Shown: in pieces, positions 51,732 through 60,458 of the stretch
How the letters are laid out: every line of letters starts with the position of its first letter
How positions within the stretch are numbered: position 1 is the stretch's first letter
Translations under genes and position numbers: made by a program
DNA from: an uncultured Chloroflexia bacterium
GTDB lineage: Bacteria; Chloroflexota; Limnocylindria; Limnocylindrales; CSP1-4
Assembly: GCA_963774695.1 (NCBI GenBank)
Contig: CAVZFY010000028.1
Span: forward strand, 4,602-68,601
DNA: 64,000 nucleotides
Reading direction: 5' to 3'
Notes under the pieces: model-generated
Database searches by the model: none
What the model saw: only the letters and a program-made list of their open reading frames with translations
What the model was told of the DNA's origin: nothing

Positions 51732-52773
51732 CTAGGCCGGCGGCGCCACCCGCTCCCGCATCCAGAGGCTGAACGCCAGCCGTCGCTGTGCCTCCGTGGC
51801 GCCCGCGTCCGGCGCGCCCTTGACCTTCGCGTCGAGCTCCAGCAGCCCCTCGAGGGCGTCGTCGAGCTCCGCCACCCGCCAGCGCCGTGCCTGGCCCACC
51901 AGCTTGTCGACCCGGAACGGCTTCATGCCCAGCGTCCGGACCAGGCTGCCCGGCGTCGCGCCGGCCGCGAGGTGGTCGGCGACCTCGATGAGCTCCCGGA
52001 TCCGGCGATGCAGCTGGACGAGCAGCACGGGCTCGGGCGTGGTCTCGAGCAGCCGGTCGAGGAGCGGGGCCGCGACGGCGACCTTGCGATCGGCGACGGC
52101 GTCGAGGAAGGCCCAGGTCGAGTCGGGGACCACCTCGGAGACCAGGGCGCGGACGTCGGCCTCGGTCACGGGGTCGAACGGGCGGTAGAGGCTCAGCTTC
52201 TCGAGCTCGCCGACCGCGAGCGCGCCCTGCCGCTGGCGGTCCACGTCGCCTTCCCGGACGAAGCCGCCGACGCGGCGTGCGAGCTCCTTCGCGGCGCCCG
52301 GTCCCAGCGTGATGCTGCGCTCGTTGGCGCGGCCCTCGATCCACGCGGCGAGCTGTCCCTCGCGCGGCGCCCGGAACTCCTTGGCGTCGCCACCCGCGCG
52401 CTGGACGGACGCCTCGAGGCCCTGGAGCGCGGCCGATCGACGGGCACCGGCGTCACCCTGCTCGAGGAACACGAGGGCGTTGCCCGGGGCGACGGTCCGG
52501 ATCGCACCGTCGAGCGCCTCGCGCTCGGCCTTCGACCGGAGGAGCGGCGCCGGATCCACGACGACCGCGACCGTGCCGCCCCCGAACAGCGGGGCGGTCG
52601 CGACGCGGACGGCGATGTCGGCGGCGCTGGTCTCCGTGCCCGCGCGCGCGCCAGCGGTCCGGCGGGGCGCCCGACTCCTGCTCGAGCCGCTTGGTCAGCG
52701 CCGCGACCGCGGCGTCCATCGTGAAGCCGTCGTCGCCGCGGAAGTAGGCGATCACCGGGACGTCGGCGCTCAT
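51732..52773 (-). CDS. holA: DNA polymerase III subunit delta (1 frameshift near 52645)
   Basis: It sits downstream of comEC, as holA does in many genomes. 'PVIAYFRGDD', 'APLFGGGTVAVVV', C-terminal helical domain. Confidence 0.75.
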
Positions 52774-53396
52774 GTCGAGGTCTCGCGAAGGGCCCGCCTC
52801 GACCACCGCAGTCGGTCGACGTCGACGGGATCGACGCCCGCGGCTTCGCAGACCTCGAGCTCCAGGGCGCGCGCACGGCGCTCCGCCAGCACGAACGCCT
52901 CCTCGCTCCACACGGAGCTGCCGCTCCGGCGCACGAGCGCGCCCGACCCGGGCGGGTACTTCCGCTTCCAGCGTGCGAAGCGCGCGTCCATCGGCGCGAG
53001 GTGCTGGGCCGCCCGCTTGTCCGCGTAGGCGACGATCCGCGCCTCGAGGCTCGCGGTCCTCGCCCACGCCTCGAAGCCGGGATCCACGAGCCGGGTCACC
53101 GGGTGGTCCCGGACCGCGGGCGCGAGCTCCGGGTAGCCGTGCGCCTCGAGCCAGGCCGCCGAGCCCTCGCCGTGCCGGAGGTGGGCGGGCGCCTGCGCCG
53201 TGGCCAGCTTGTCGACGTCGTGGAGCAGCGCGGCCGTCTCGGCCAGGCGCGGGTTGACGGCCCGTCCCGCCCGGCTCGCCCGATACGCGAGGAAGGCCGC
53301 GATGTCGGCGACGGCGCAGGCGTGCCGGGTGAACTTGGCCGACGGATGCAGGGACGCCAGCTGGCGGGCGGCTTCGTGGCGATCGGGGATCGTCAT
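52770..53396 (-). CDS. HD-domain phosphohydrolase (no stop separates it from comEC in this assembly)
   Basis: 'HACAVADIAAFL' and 'AALLHDVDK' (H..HD..D pattern). ATG 53396. Its stop overlaps the holA start (ATGA). Confidence 0.6.
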   Translation of the reverse strand: MTIPDRHEAARQLASLHPSAKFTRHACAVADIAAFLAYRASRAGRAVNPRLAETAALLHDVDKLATAQAPAHLRHGEGSAAWLEAHGYPELAPAVRDHPVTRLVDPGFEAWARTASLEARIVAYADKRAAQHLAPMDARFARWKRKYPPGSGALVRRSGSSVWSEEAFVLAERRARALELEVCEAAGVDPVDVDRLRWSRRALRETST

Positions 53397-56004
53397 GGAG
53401 AGGATCGTATCCGGTGGGGTCCGCCCAGGCCGACGCACGGCCTGTCGTTTCGGCCAGGTTCCACGACTGGGCAACCGGGGCGCCGCCGCCGGCGTGCTGG
53501 GAGCCGCGACCCACGCCGGTGACCCGCGCGGGACCGGGATGGCGCACAGGAACGCGGTGGCGGGCACGGCAACCGTGGTCGCTGCTGCCGCGCGGCCTCC
53601 GGTCTCGTGGACCGAGAGGCCGTCCTCGCGGAGCTCCACCTCGACCGAGCCGTCCTGGTCGGTCCGGTAGACGCGCGCGCCGCTCGCGCGCAGCCGGTCC
53701 AGCGTCGACTTCGCGGGGTGCCCGTACGGGTTGCCGGCCCCGGCGGACGCGATGGCGACCTTCGGCCTGACGGCGTCCACGAACGGCTGGGTCGACGCCG
53801 TCGCGCTCCCGTGATGGGCGACCTTGAGGAGGTCGACGCGGGGAAGGCCACGGGCGAGGAGCGTCGGGTCGATGCCCTGCTCGACGTCGCCCATCAGCAG
53901 GAAGCGGCGCCCGTCGGCCTCGCCGAGGAACACGATCGACACGTTGTTGATCCCGGTGCCGGTGTCGGGCGGCTCGAGCGGCACGGCGCCAGGGTCGGGC
54001 CAGAGGACGCTGAGCCGGACCTCGCCGAGACGGAGCTGGGCGCCCGTCTGGAGGCCGGCGCGCGGCGGCCCGTCGCGCAGCTCCGCGTTCCACTGCGCCC
54101 AGCCGGGACCCGGGCCTCGCATCCCCGGCTCGTACACGCGCCCGACCGAGTAGCGCGCGAGCACCCGGGCGAGGCCGGCGACGTGGTCCTCGTGCGGATG
54201 GGTCAGGACGACGACGTCGAGGCGCCGGTCCCACGGCGGGATCCGCGCGTCGAGGGCGAGCAGGATCCGGTCCGGGTCGGGCCCGCCGTCGATCAGCATC
54301 CGCGCCCCGGTCCGCGTCTCGAGCAGGATCGCGTCGCCCTGGCCGACGTCCATCACGGTGATCCGCGTCGCCCGCCCGGCCGCGTCGCTCAACGCGGCCA
54401 CGGCCACGGCGACCGCGAGCGCGGCGACCGCCACCGCGACGCGCTCCGGGCGGCCGATGCGCCTCGCCGACCCGCGACTGCGCCGGCCTCGGGCGCCGTC
54501 GCCGAGCCCGTTACCGTCGCGCTTCTGGCTGGTACGACGCTCCAGGACCGGACGACAACGGGTCCACGCGCTGGGCGCGAGCAGGATCGCGGCGCCGGTG
54601 ACGAGCGCCGCCGGCTCGGCGACACCGGGTGGCAGCGTCAACGCCGCGAACGGCAGCGACGCCGCGACGCGGACGATCGTCACGATCACGTGGAGGACGA
54701 CCCAGCCGGGCAGCCCGGCCAGCGTGGCGACGGCCGACGGCGCGCCGAGCATGCCGGCGCCGCCCGCGAGCATCGCGACGACCCCGCCGAGCATCGCCGC
54801 CGGCACGAGCGGGACGACGGCGAGGTTGACGACGGGCGAGACGAGCGACAGCCGGCCGAACGTCGCGAGGACGTCGGGCAGCGTCGCGGCCTGGGCCGCG
54901 AGCGAGATCCCGAGGCTCTCGGCGAGCCAGCCCGGCAGGCGGCCGCCGGCGACTCGCCGCGAGTCGGGCGGCCAGCGGGTTCGCCCAGGCGAGGAGCCCG
55001 GCGGTCGCCATGACCGAGAGCCGGAAGCCCGGCGTCACCGATCATCGCGGGCTCGGCGAGCAGCAGCAGCGCGGCCGCGAGCGCGAGCGCCGTCGGTGCC
55101 CGGCCCGCCCGCCCGCTCTCGCGGGCGAGCAGGACGACGCCCGCCATGACCGCCGCCCGAACCACGGACGGCGACGCACCGGCGGCCACGACGTACGCCA
55201 CGACCGTGCCGAGGATCGCCAGCGTCACGAGGCGACGCGGACGACCGCGCAGCACCGCCCCGACGAGGCCCGCGACGATCGCGATGTTCCAGCCCGAGAT
55301 CGCGACGACGTGGCTCACGCCGGCCGTCGCGAAGTCGGCGGCAAGCGACCGGTCGACCCGCTCTCGCAGCCCGACGAGGATCCCGGCCGCCAGTCCCGCC
55401 TCGGGCTCGGGCAAGGCGACGCTGCAGGGCGTCGCCGCTGGCGTCGCGGAGCGACTGGAGGCCCGCCGGCGCGGCCTCGACGGATCGTGAGCGCGCGCGC
55501 GTCGAGCGTCCCGGCGGCGCCGGACCGGCGGAGATAGTCGCCATACGGGTCGTCGTCCGGTGGCGGCCGCAGCCCGCCGTCCACCTCGACGACGTCGCCG
55601 GCGGCGACCGGCGGGAACGCGGGCAGCGTCGCCGCGACGACGACCTCGCCCGCACCCGTGCGCGAGGCGCAGCCGCGCGACCTGCGCGCCGTCGCGCGGC
55701 GACCCGACGGACTCGACGACCGCGGTCCACGGCCCCGCATCGTCGGGCAGCGGAGGGGCAGCGGCCGCGCTCCGGCCCGACGAGCAGCCGTGCGCCGAGG
55801 AGCACGGCACCGAGCCCGAGGGCGGACGCGGCCACCCGTGCCCGCTCGGGGACGCCGCGTTCCGCCAGGCCGATGACCAGCACGACGAAGCCCGCCGCCA
55901 TCGGCACGAGCGCCGGCACGCCCGCCGCGTTGGCCGCTGCAGCCCCGGCGACCCCGACGGCGAGCCAGCCGCTGCGCGGGAACCTGGCCGGAGCCGCGCT
56001 CATG
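53397..56004 (-). CDS. comEC: DNA internalization-related competence protein ComEC/Rec2 (multiple frameshifts)
   Basis: Competence domain '[16 protein letters not shown]'. C-terminal MBL fold '[12 protein letters not shown]', '[10 protein letters not shown]', 'KVAHHGS'. Confidence 0.8.
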
Positions 56005-56718
56005 GCCCGACGGTCACCAGTGAGCGGATCTTGTCCAGCGTTGCCGTCCCGAGGACCTTGCGCGTGCCGAGGTCGTCGATCGACGCGAACGGCTGCTCCT
56101 CGCGCGCGGCGATGATCTTCGCCGCGGTCACGGGACCGATCCCGGGGAGCGTGTCGAGCTGCTCGGCGGTCGCGCGATTGAGGTCGATCGGCCCCGACGA
56201 TCCACCCGAACCCGAGCCGCCGCCTCCGCTCCACTGGGCCGCCCGCGCTACCGGACGCGCTCGTCGACTCGCCGCGAACCGGGACGTGGACCTCGTCGCC
56301 GTCGTGCAGCGGCGCGGCGAGGTTGAGCTGCTGGTCGGCCAGCGCGGCGTCGACGCGCGGCCCGAACCCTCCCGCGGCCGTCACCGCGTCCCCGACGCGC
56401 GATCCCGCGGGCAGCCGGTAGACGCCCGGCCTGACGACCGCGCCGCCGACCTCGACGACCAACGGGCCCGCGCTCGCCGACGCTCCAGGCACCGCGGCTG
56501 CCGGCCTCGACGGTCGAGGCGGCGTCACCGACCGCCCCGTCGACCTCGATCGACGCTCCCGATCGGCTCGTCAGGAGCAGCGCGACGGCCGCGACGACGA
56601 CGGCGACGACCACGACGCCGATCGCCACCCACGGCAGGCTCCGCGATGCCGGCTCCGGCGACGGTGCGGCGGGCTCGGCGGATTCGAGCGCGCGCCACGG
56701 CGCGCCGGACGGGTCCAC
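56002..56718 (-). CDS. comEA: ComEA family DNA-binding protein (2 or more frameshifts)
   Basis: N-terminal TM, SLBB '[26 protein letters not shown]', HhH '[25 protein letters not shown]'. Confidence 0.75.
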
Positions 56719-56957
56719 GGACGAGCTCGACTCCCCGGCGGGACTCGGGGCGGGCGGATACGGATGAAACGGGCGTCGGCCGCCGTGGGGGGCACTTCCG
56801 ACGGTGTCGACGACCGCGTCGAACGATACGGACGGCGACTTATCCCGGACTTACGCGGCCGCGGCGATCCACCGATCCCGCCTAGGATGGTTCGCATGGT
56901 CGACGAACCGCCGCCGCCGACCCGCGCGACCCGTTTCCGCGCGATCGCGTCTCGGTG

Positions 56958-57453
56958 ATGCTCCACCGGATGCCCAACTACCTGAAGCTCACCTGGCGCC
57001 TGGGCAAGGATCCCATGCTCAGCCGCGCCCGCCGCGCCGCCGTCATCGCCGCCGCCGGCTACGTCATCAGCCCCGTCGACCTCGTCCCGGGCGTCATCCC
57101 CGTGCTCGGCCAGCTCGACGACATCGCCGTCGCCCTCGTCGCTCTCCGGCTCGCGCTCGACGGCCTCCACCCGGACCGTCGCCGGGCCGCATCTCGAGGC
57201 CGTCGGCCTGTCGGACGCCCATCTCGCCGACGACCTGCGGACCGTCGGCGCCACCACCGCCTGGATCGCGCGCAGCGGCATCCGCCTCTCGGGCCGCCTG
57301 ATCCGCGAGAGCGCCCACGTGGGCGAGGAAGGGGCCGGGCTGGCGGCGAGGTCGGCCGTCAGGGCCGGCCAGGGCCTCCGGCGGATGGCGGATGCCGGCT
57401 GGACGCGACGGCCGCGCCACCTCCCACGACGAGGCGGCAAGCCGGACGACTGA
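56958..57453 (+). CDS. DUF1232 (YkvA-like) membrane protein (1 frameshift near 57187)
   Basis: 'YVISPVDLVPGVIPVLGQLDDIAV' is the DUF1232 core. The TGA at 57451 is reached after one base is removed. Confidence 0.65.
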
Positions 57454-57454
57454 C

Positions 57455-57860
57455 TCAGGCGGGGAGCTGCTCCCAGTCGACCCAGCGGGCCCCGTCCCAC
57501 CAGCGATGCCAGGTCAGGCCGTCGGTACCGGCCGCGAAGACGTCGAGCCGGTCCGCGCTCCACGAGCTCGCGGCGGGCGTCGGGTCCGACGGCGAGCGAT
57601 CCGCCGAGCGATTCCCACGCGTGCCACGCCGTCCCGTCCCAGTAGCGGTCCCAGAGCGCGCCGTCGTCGAAGACCGCGAAGACCTCCATCCGGTCGGCCG
57701 CCCAGGCCGTCACGGCGGGTGCCGAGGCGAGGGTGCCGCCCAGCGACTCCGGCTCGCGCCACGCGCCGTCGAACGCCCGATGCCAGAGAACCCGATCCGC
57801 GTCGACCCAGAACAGGTCGATGCGATCGGGTCCCCAGGAAACTGCGGCGACGTCGTTCAT
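57455..57860 (-). CDS. Three-blade lectin-like mini beta-propeller (DUF346 / PLL-RSL-type repeats), 1 frameshift near 57575
   Basis: Three ~42-aa repeats: '[35 protein letters not shown]', '[36 protein letters not shown]', '[34 protein letters not shown]'. Confidence 0.6.
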
Positions 57861-57892
57861 GCGGTCTCCACCTTCGGGCTGGTGGAGCGACG

Positions 57893-58138
57893 TTACGCCG
57901 TCCGGTGGTCGAGCCGCGTCGCCGCGTCGCAGGCCGCCTCGCCGATCGAGAGCGACGCGTCGCTCAGCCGGCGGAGCACGGCCGGCCGCCATGCGCCGCG
58001 GCAGCGACTGGCGACGGCTCGACCATGGCGTAGCTCGTCGTTCGCGTGCATCAGCCTCCACCGGTCGGCGGCGGCCTGCGCCTCGCGCGACTTCTCGTTG
58101 GCGATGTCGAAGGCGATCACGCCCATCCACTTCCACAT
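57893..58138 (-). CDS. Hypothetical small protein (81 aa)
   Basis: 'GGGAGGAG' lies 8 nt upstream of ATG 58138. 'MWKWMGVIAFDIANEKSREAQAAADRWRLMHAN...'. Confidence 0.45.
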   Translation of the reverse strand: MWKWMGVIAFDIANEKSREAQAAADRWRLMHANDELRHGRAVASRCRGAWRPAVLRRLSDASLSIGEAACDAATRLDHRTA

Positions 58139-58166
58139 TCGGTCATCTCCTCCCTGCATCTCGGGC

Positions 58167-58283
58167 TTACCAGCCGATCGGCTGGTGCTCGTCGAATCCA
58201 TCCCGGCTCTCGACGCCTGCGATGCTTGCAACGGCGCCGAAGAAGGCCAGCGCGGCCACGGCCACGAACACGATTGCGTCCAT
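58167..58283 (-). CDS. Small membrane peptide (38 aa); not in the ORF track
   Basis: GGAG lies 9 nt upstream of ATG 58283. 'MDAIVFVAVAALAFFGAVASIAGVESRDGFDEHQPIGW*'. Confidence 0.45.
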   Translation of the reverse strand: MDAIVFVAVAALAFFGAVASIAGVESRDGFDEHQPIGW

Positions 58284-58308
58284 CTCGGGTGCTCCGTTCG
58301 ATCCGACT

Positions 58309-58392
58309 GCTGTAACCGGATCAGAGTAACTTAACCAGTTACAGCATGCTACCGTCTTGCGCGTAACCTGTCAAGGCGTTTATAGTGGTTAC
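58309..58392. promoter_or_regulatory. AT-rich divergent promoter/operator region with five GTAAC/GTTAC cores arranged as inverted repeats
   Basis: gctgtaac (58309-58316) / gttacagc (58338-58345). gtaacc (58363-58368) / ggttac (58387-58392). An extra gtaac at 58326-58330. Confidence 0.4.
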
Positions 58393-58413
58393 GAGGCCCG
58401 AACCAGACACCAC

Positions 58414-59073
58414 ATGCAGATCATCGACATCCCCCCGACCACCCCCGCCAAGCCGGTCGGCCACGCCCACGAGGCCGACCTCGAGGCGTGCCTCGACCTG
58501 ATCAACAGCGAGGAGTTCTCGGACGGCGTGCCGCAGGAGCACCTGCCGACGGTCGACGACGCGGTCGCCTACTTCACGACCCGCGGCCTGGCCCACGAGG
58601 CCGCCATCCGCGCCCAGGCCGAGGCCGCTCCGGGCGGCGGCGACGCCTGGCTCCGCCGCCTCTACGACACGCGTGGGGCGCTGCGCGAGGTCTGGGACGC
58701 CCAGGTCGAGCGCCGGTCGCCGGACCTCGCGGCCCTCGAGACGGTCAACGAGATCCTCCGCCAGGCACCGCGCGTCGAGCTGGTGCCGGGCGACGACGGG
58801 ATCGGCGTCGGACATCGCCACACGCAGGACGACCCGACGGGCGAGGCGCTCGCCAGGGTCGTCGAGCCGCTGGTCGAGGCGATCGCGACGACGTCGACGG
58901 ACCGCTTCCGGATCTGCGCCAACGACGGCTGCCGATGGGTGTTCGAGGACACGTCGCGCGCCGGCCGGCGCCGCTGGTGCGACATGTCCTCGTGCGGCAA
59001 CCGCGACAAGGTGCGTCGCTACCGCTCGAAGCAGCGGACCCCGGCCGGCGGGGACGAGCCGGTCGCCGGCTAG
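58414..59073 (+). CDS. CGNR zinc-finger (ABATE-domain) protein
   Basis: C-terminal 'CANDGCRWVFEDTSRAGRRRWCDMSSCGNRDKVRRYR'. Intact. Confidence 0.85.
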   Translation: MQIIDIPPTTPAKPVGHAHEADLEACLDLINSEEFSDGVPQEHLPTVDDAVAYFTTRGLAHEAAIRAQAEAAPGGGDAWLRRLYDTRGALREVWDAQVERRSPDLAALETVNEILRQAPRVELVPGDDGIGVGHRHTQDDPTGEALARVVEPLVEAIATTSTDRFRICANDGCRWVFEDTSRAGRRRWCDMSSCGNRDKVRRYRSKQRTPAGGDEPVAG

Positions 59074-60015
59074 CCGTTCTCGAGCAGCGGCCGGACCTCG
59101 GTCGCGAACCGGGTCATCGACTCCTCGTCGTAGTTCGCGCGGGAAGCCGGAGATCAGGTGCCGATACCCGAGCTCGACGTAGCGGCGACGAGCTTCTCGG
59201 CGACGTCCTCGGGCGTGCCGACCGGCTGGTCGACCCAGTGGCTTGGCGACGCGGTTGCGGTCGAACGCCTCGCGGAAGATGCGCTCGGCCTCCGCCCGGT
59301 TGTCGCGGATCACGACGGTCCCGACCCCGACCGTCCGCTCGATCTCGGACGGGTCGCGGCCGACCGCGTCGCAGTGCTCGAGCAGGACCTGCTCCTTGTG
59401 GCGCACCGACTCGACCGTCGCCGCCGACGTTGTTCATGTCGCCGTACTTCGCGACCAGCTTGAGCGTGACCTTCTCGCCGCTGCCGCCGATGCAGATCGG
59501 CAGGTGCGCCTGGACCGGCAGCGGGCAGGTTGCGCGTCGCCTTGGCGTGGTAGTGGTCGCCCTTCGCCGTCGGCTCGGTGCCGTCGAGCATCCCGCGCAT
59601 GACCGGCAGCGCCTCGCCGAGCCAGCGGAGCCGCTCCGGGAACCCGGACCCGAACTCGAGCCCGAAGGCCTCGTGCTCCTCCTCGAACCACGCGCCGCCG
59701 ATGCCGAGGATCGCGCGCCCGCCGGAGATGTGGTCGAGCGTCGTCGCCAGCTTCGCGGTCAGCGTCGGTGCGCGGAACGTGTTCGCGCCGACCATCAGGC
59801 CGATCCGGACGTTGTGCGTCGCCTGCGCCCAGGCCGTGATCGTCAGCCAGCCCTCGTAGTTCGGACCGTCCGAGTCGCCGACGATCGGGTAGAGGTGGTC
59901 CCACGTCCAGAGGCTCGTGTAGCCGAGCTCGTCCGCGCGGATGCCCGCCTGCGAGCAGCTACGGCCAGTCCGTGTACTGGTTCCAGCAGAGGGCGCCGAT
60001 CCTGACTTCGCTCAA
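59070..60015 (-). CDS. LLM-class (luciferase-like) F420-dependent oxidoreductase (5 or more frameshifts)
   Basis: 'ELGYTSLWTWDHL', 'RIGLMVGANTFRAPTL', 'SGGRAILGIGGAWFEEEH', end 'FATEVRPLLENG*'. TTG 60015 overlaps the cupin stop. Confidence 0.7.
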
Positions 60016-60368
60016 CGCGATGCGTTCCTCTTCCTGACGATGTCGACCGAGATCTCCACGGCCGGGATCGTTCCCCGGTTCTCGAGCCAGTGGGTCGTGT
60101 GCCGGTCCTCGGGCCAGCCCAATCCCGGCCCGTAGTCCGTCGTGCCCCCGTCCCGATGGTCGGTGATCGTTCCCTGCAGGACGTACACGATGCCCGGCCT
60201 GCCCTGGTGGTCGTGGACCGGTCCGAAGACGCCGCCGGCTCGATGGTCACCATCCGCATCCGCAGCTGGTGCCCGTCCAGGCCCTCGATCTCGCCGAGCA
60301 AGGTCAACGGTCCCGAGGGCTTCCACGGCGACACCCTTCGTCTCGGGCGACACCTGTTCGTCGCTCAT
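60012..60368 (-). CDS. Cupin domain protein (paired indels ~60297 and ~60236)
   Basis: 'GGVFGPVHDHQGRPGIVYVLQGTITDH'. The alternate frame restores 'LLGEIEGLDGHQLRMRMVTIEP'. Confidence 0.6.
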   Translation of the reverse strand: MSDEQVSPETKGVAVEALGTVDLARRDRGPGRAPAADADGDHRAGGVFGPVHDHQGRPGIVYVLQGTITDHRDGGTTDYGPGLGWPEDRHTTHWLENRGTIPAVEISVDIVRKRNASR

Positions 60369-60458
60369 GGTGCTCTCCCCGGCTGCAGGCGCGAACCGCT
60401 GTCGCCTCCAGCGTATCGGGGCCGGCGCCGCGAGCGCTGCGCTGCCGCGTCGTGCGTC

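Noticed and set aside
57893-58283. Small two-gene cassette as a toxin-antitoxin system
   Set aside because: Neither product shows a recognisable toxin or antitoxin fold or motif (no PIN, RelE, MazF, HTH or RHH signatures). One is a membrane peptide. It is kept only as an uncharacterised small-protein pair.
59070-59073. Convergent CGNR and LLM genes sharing their stop codons in the palindrome CTAG
   Set aside because: This is real in the sequence, but it is a trivial consequence of TAG being half of a palindrome. No regulatory meaning can be supported.
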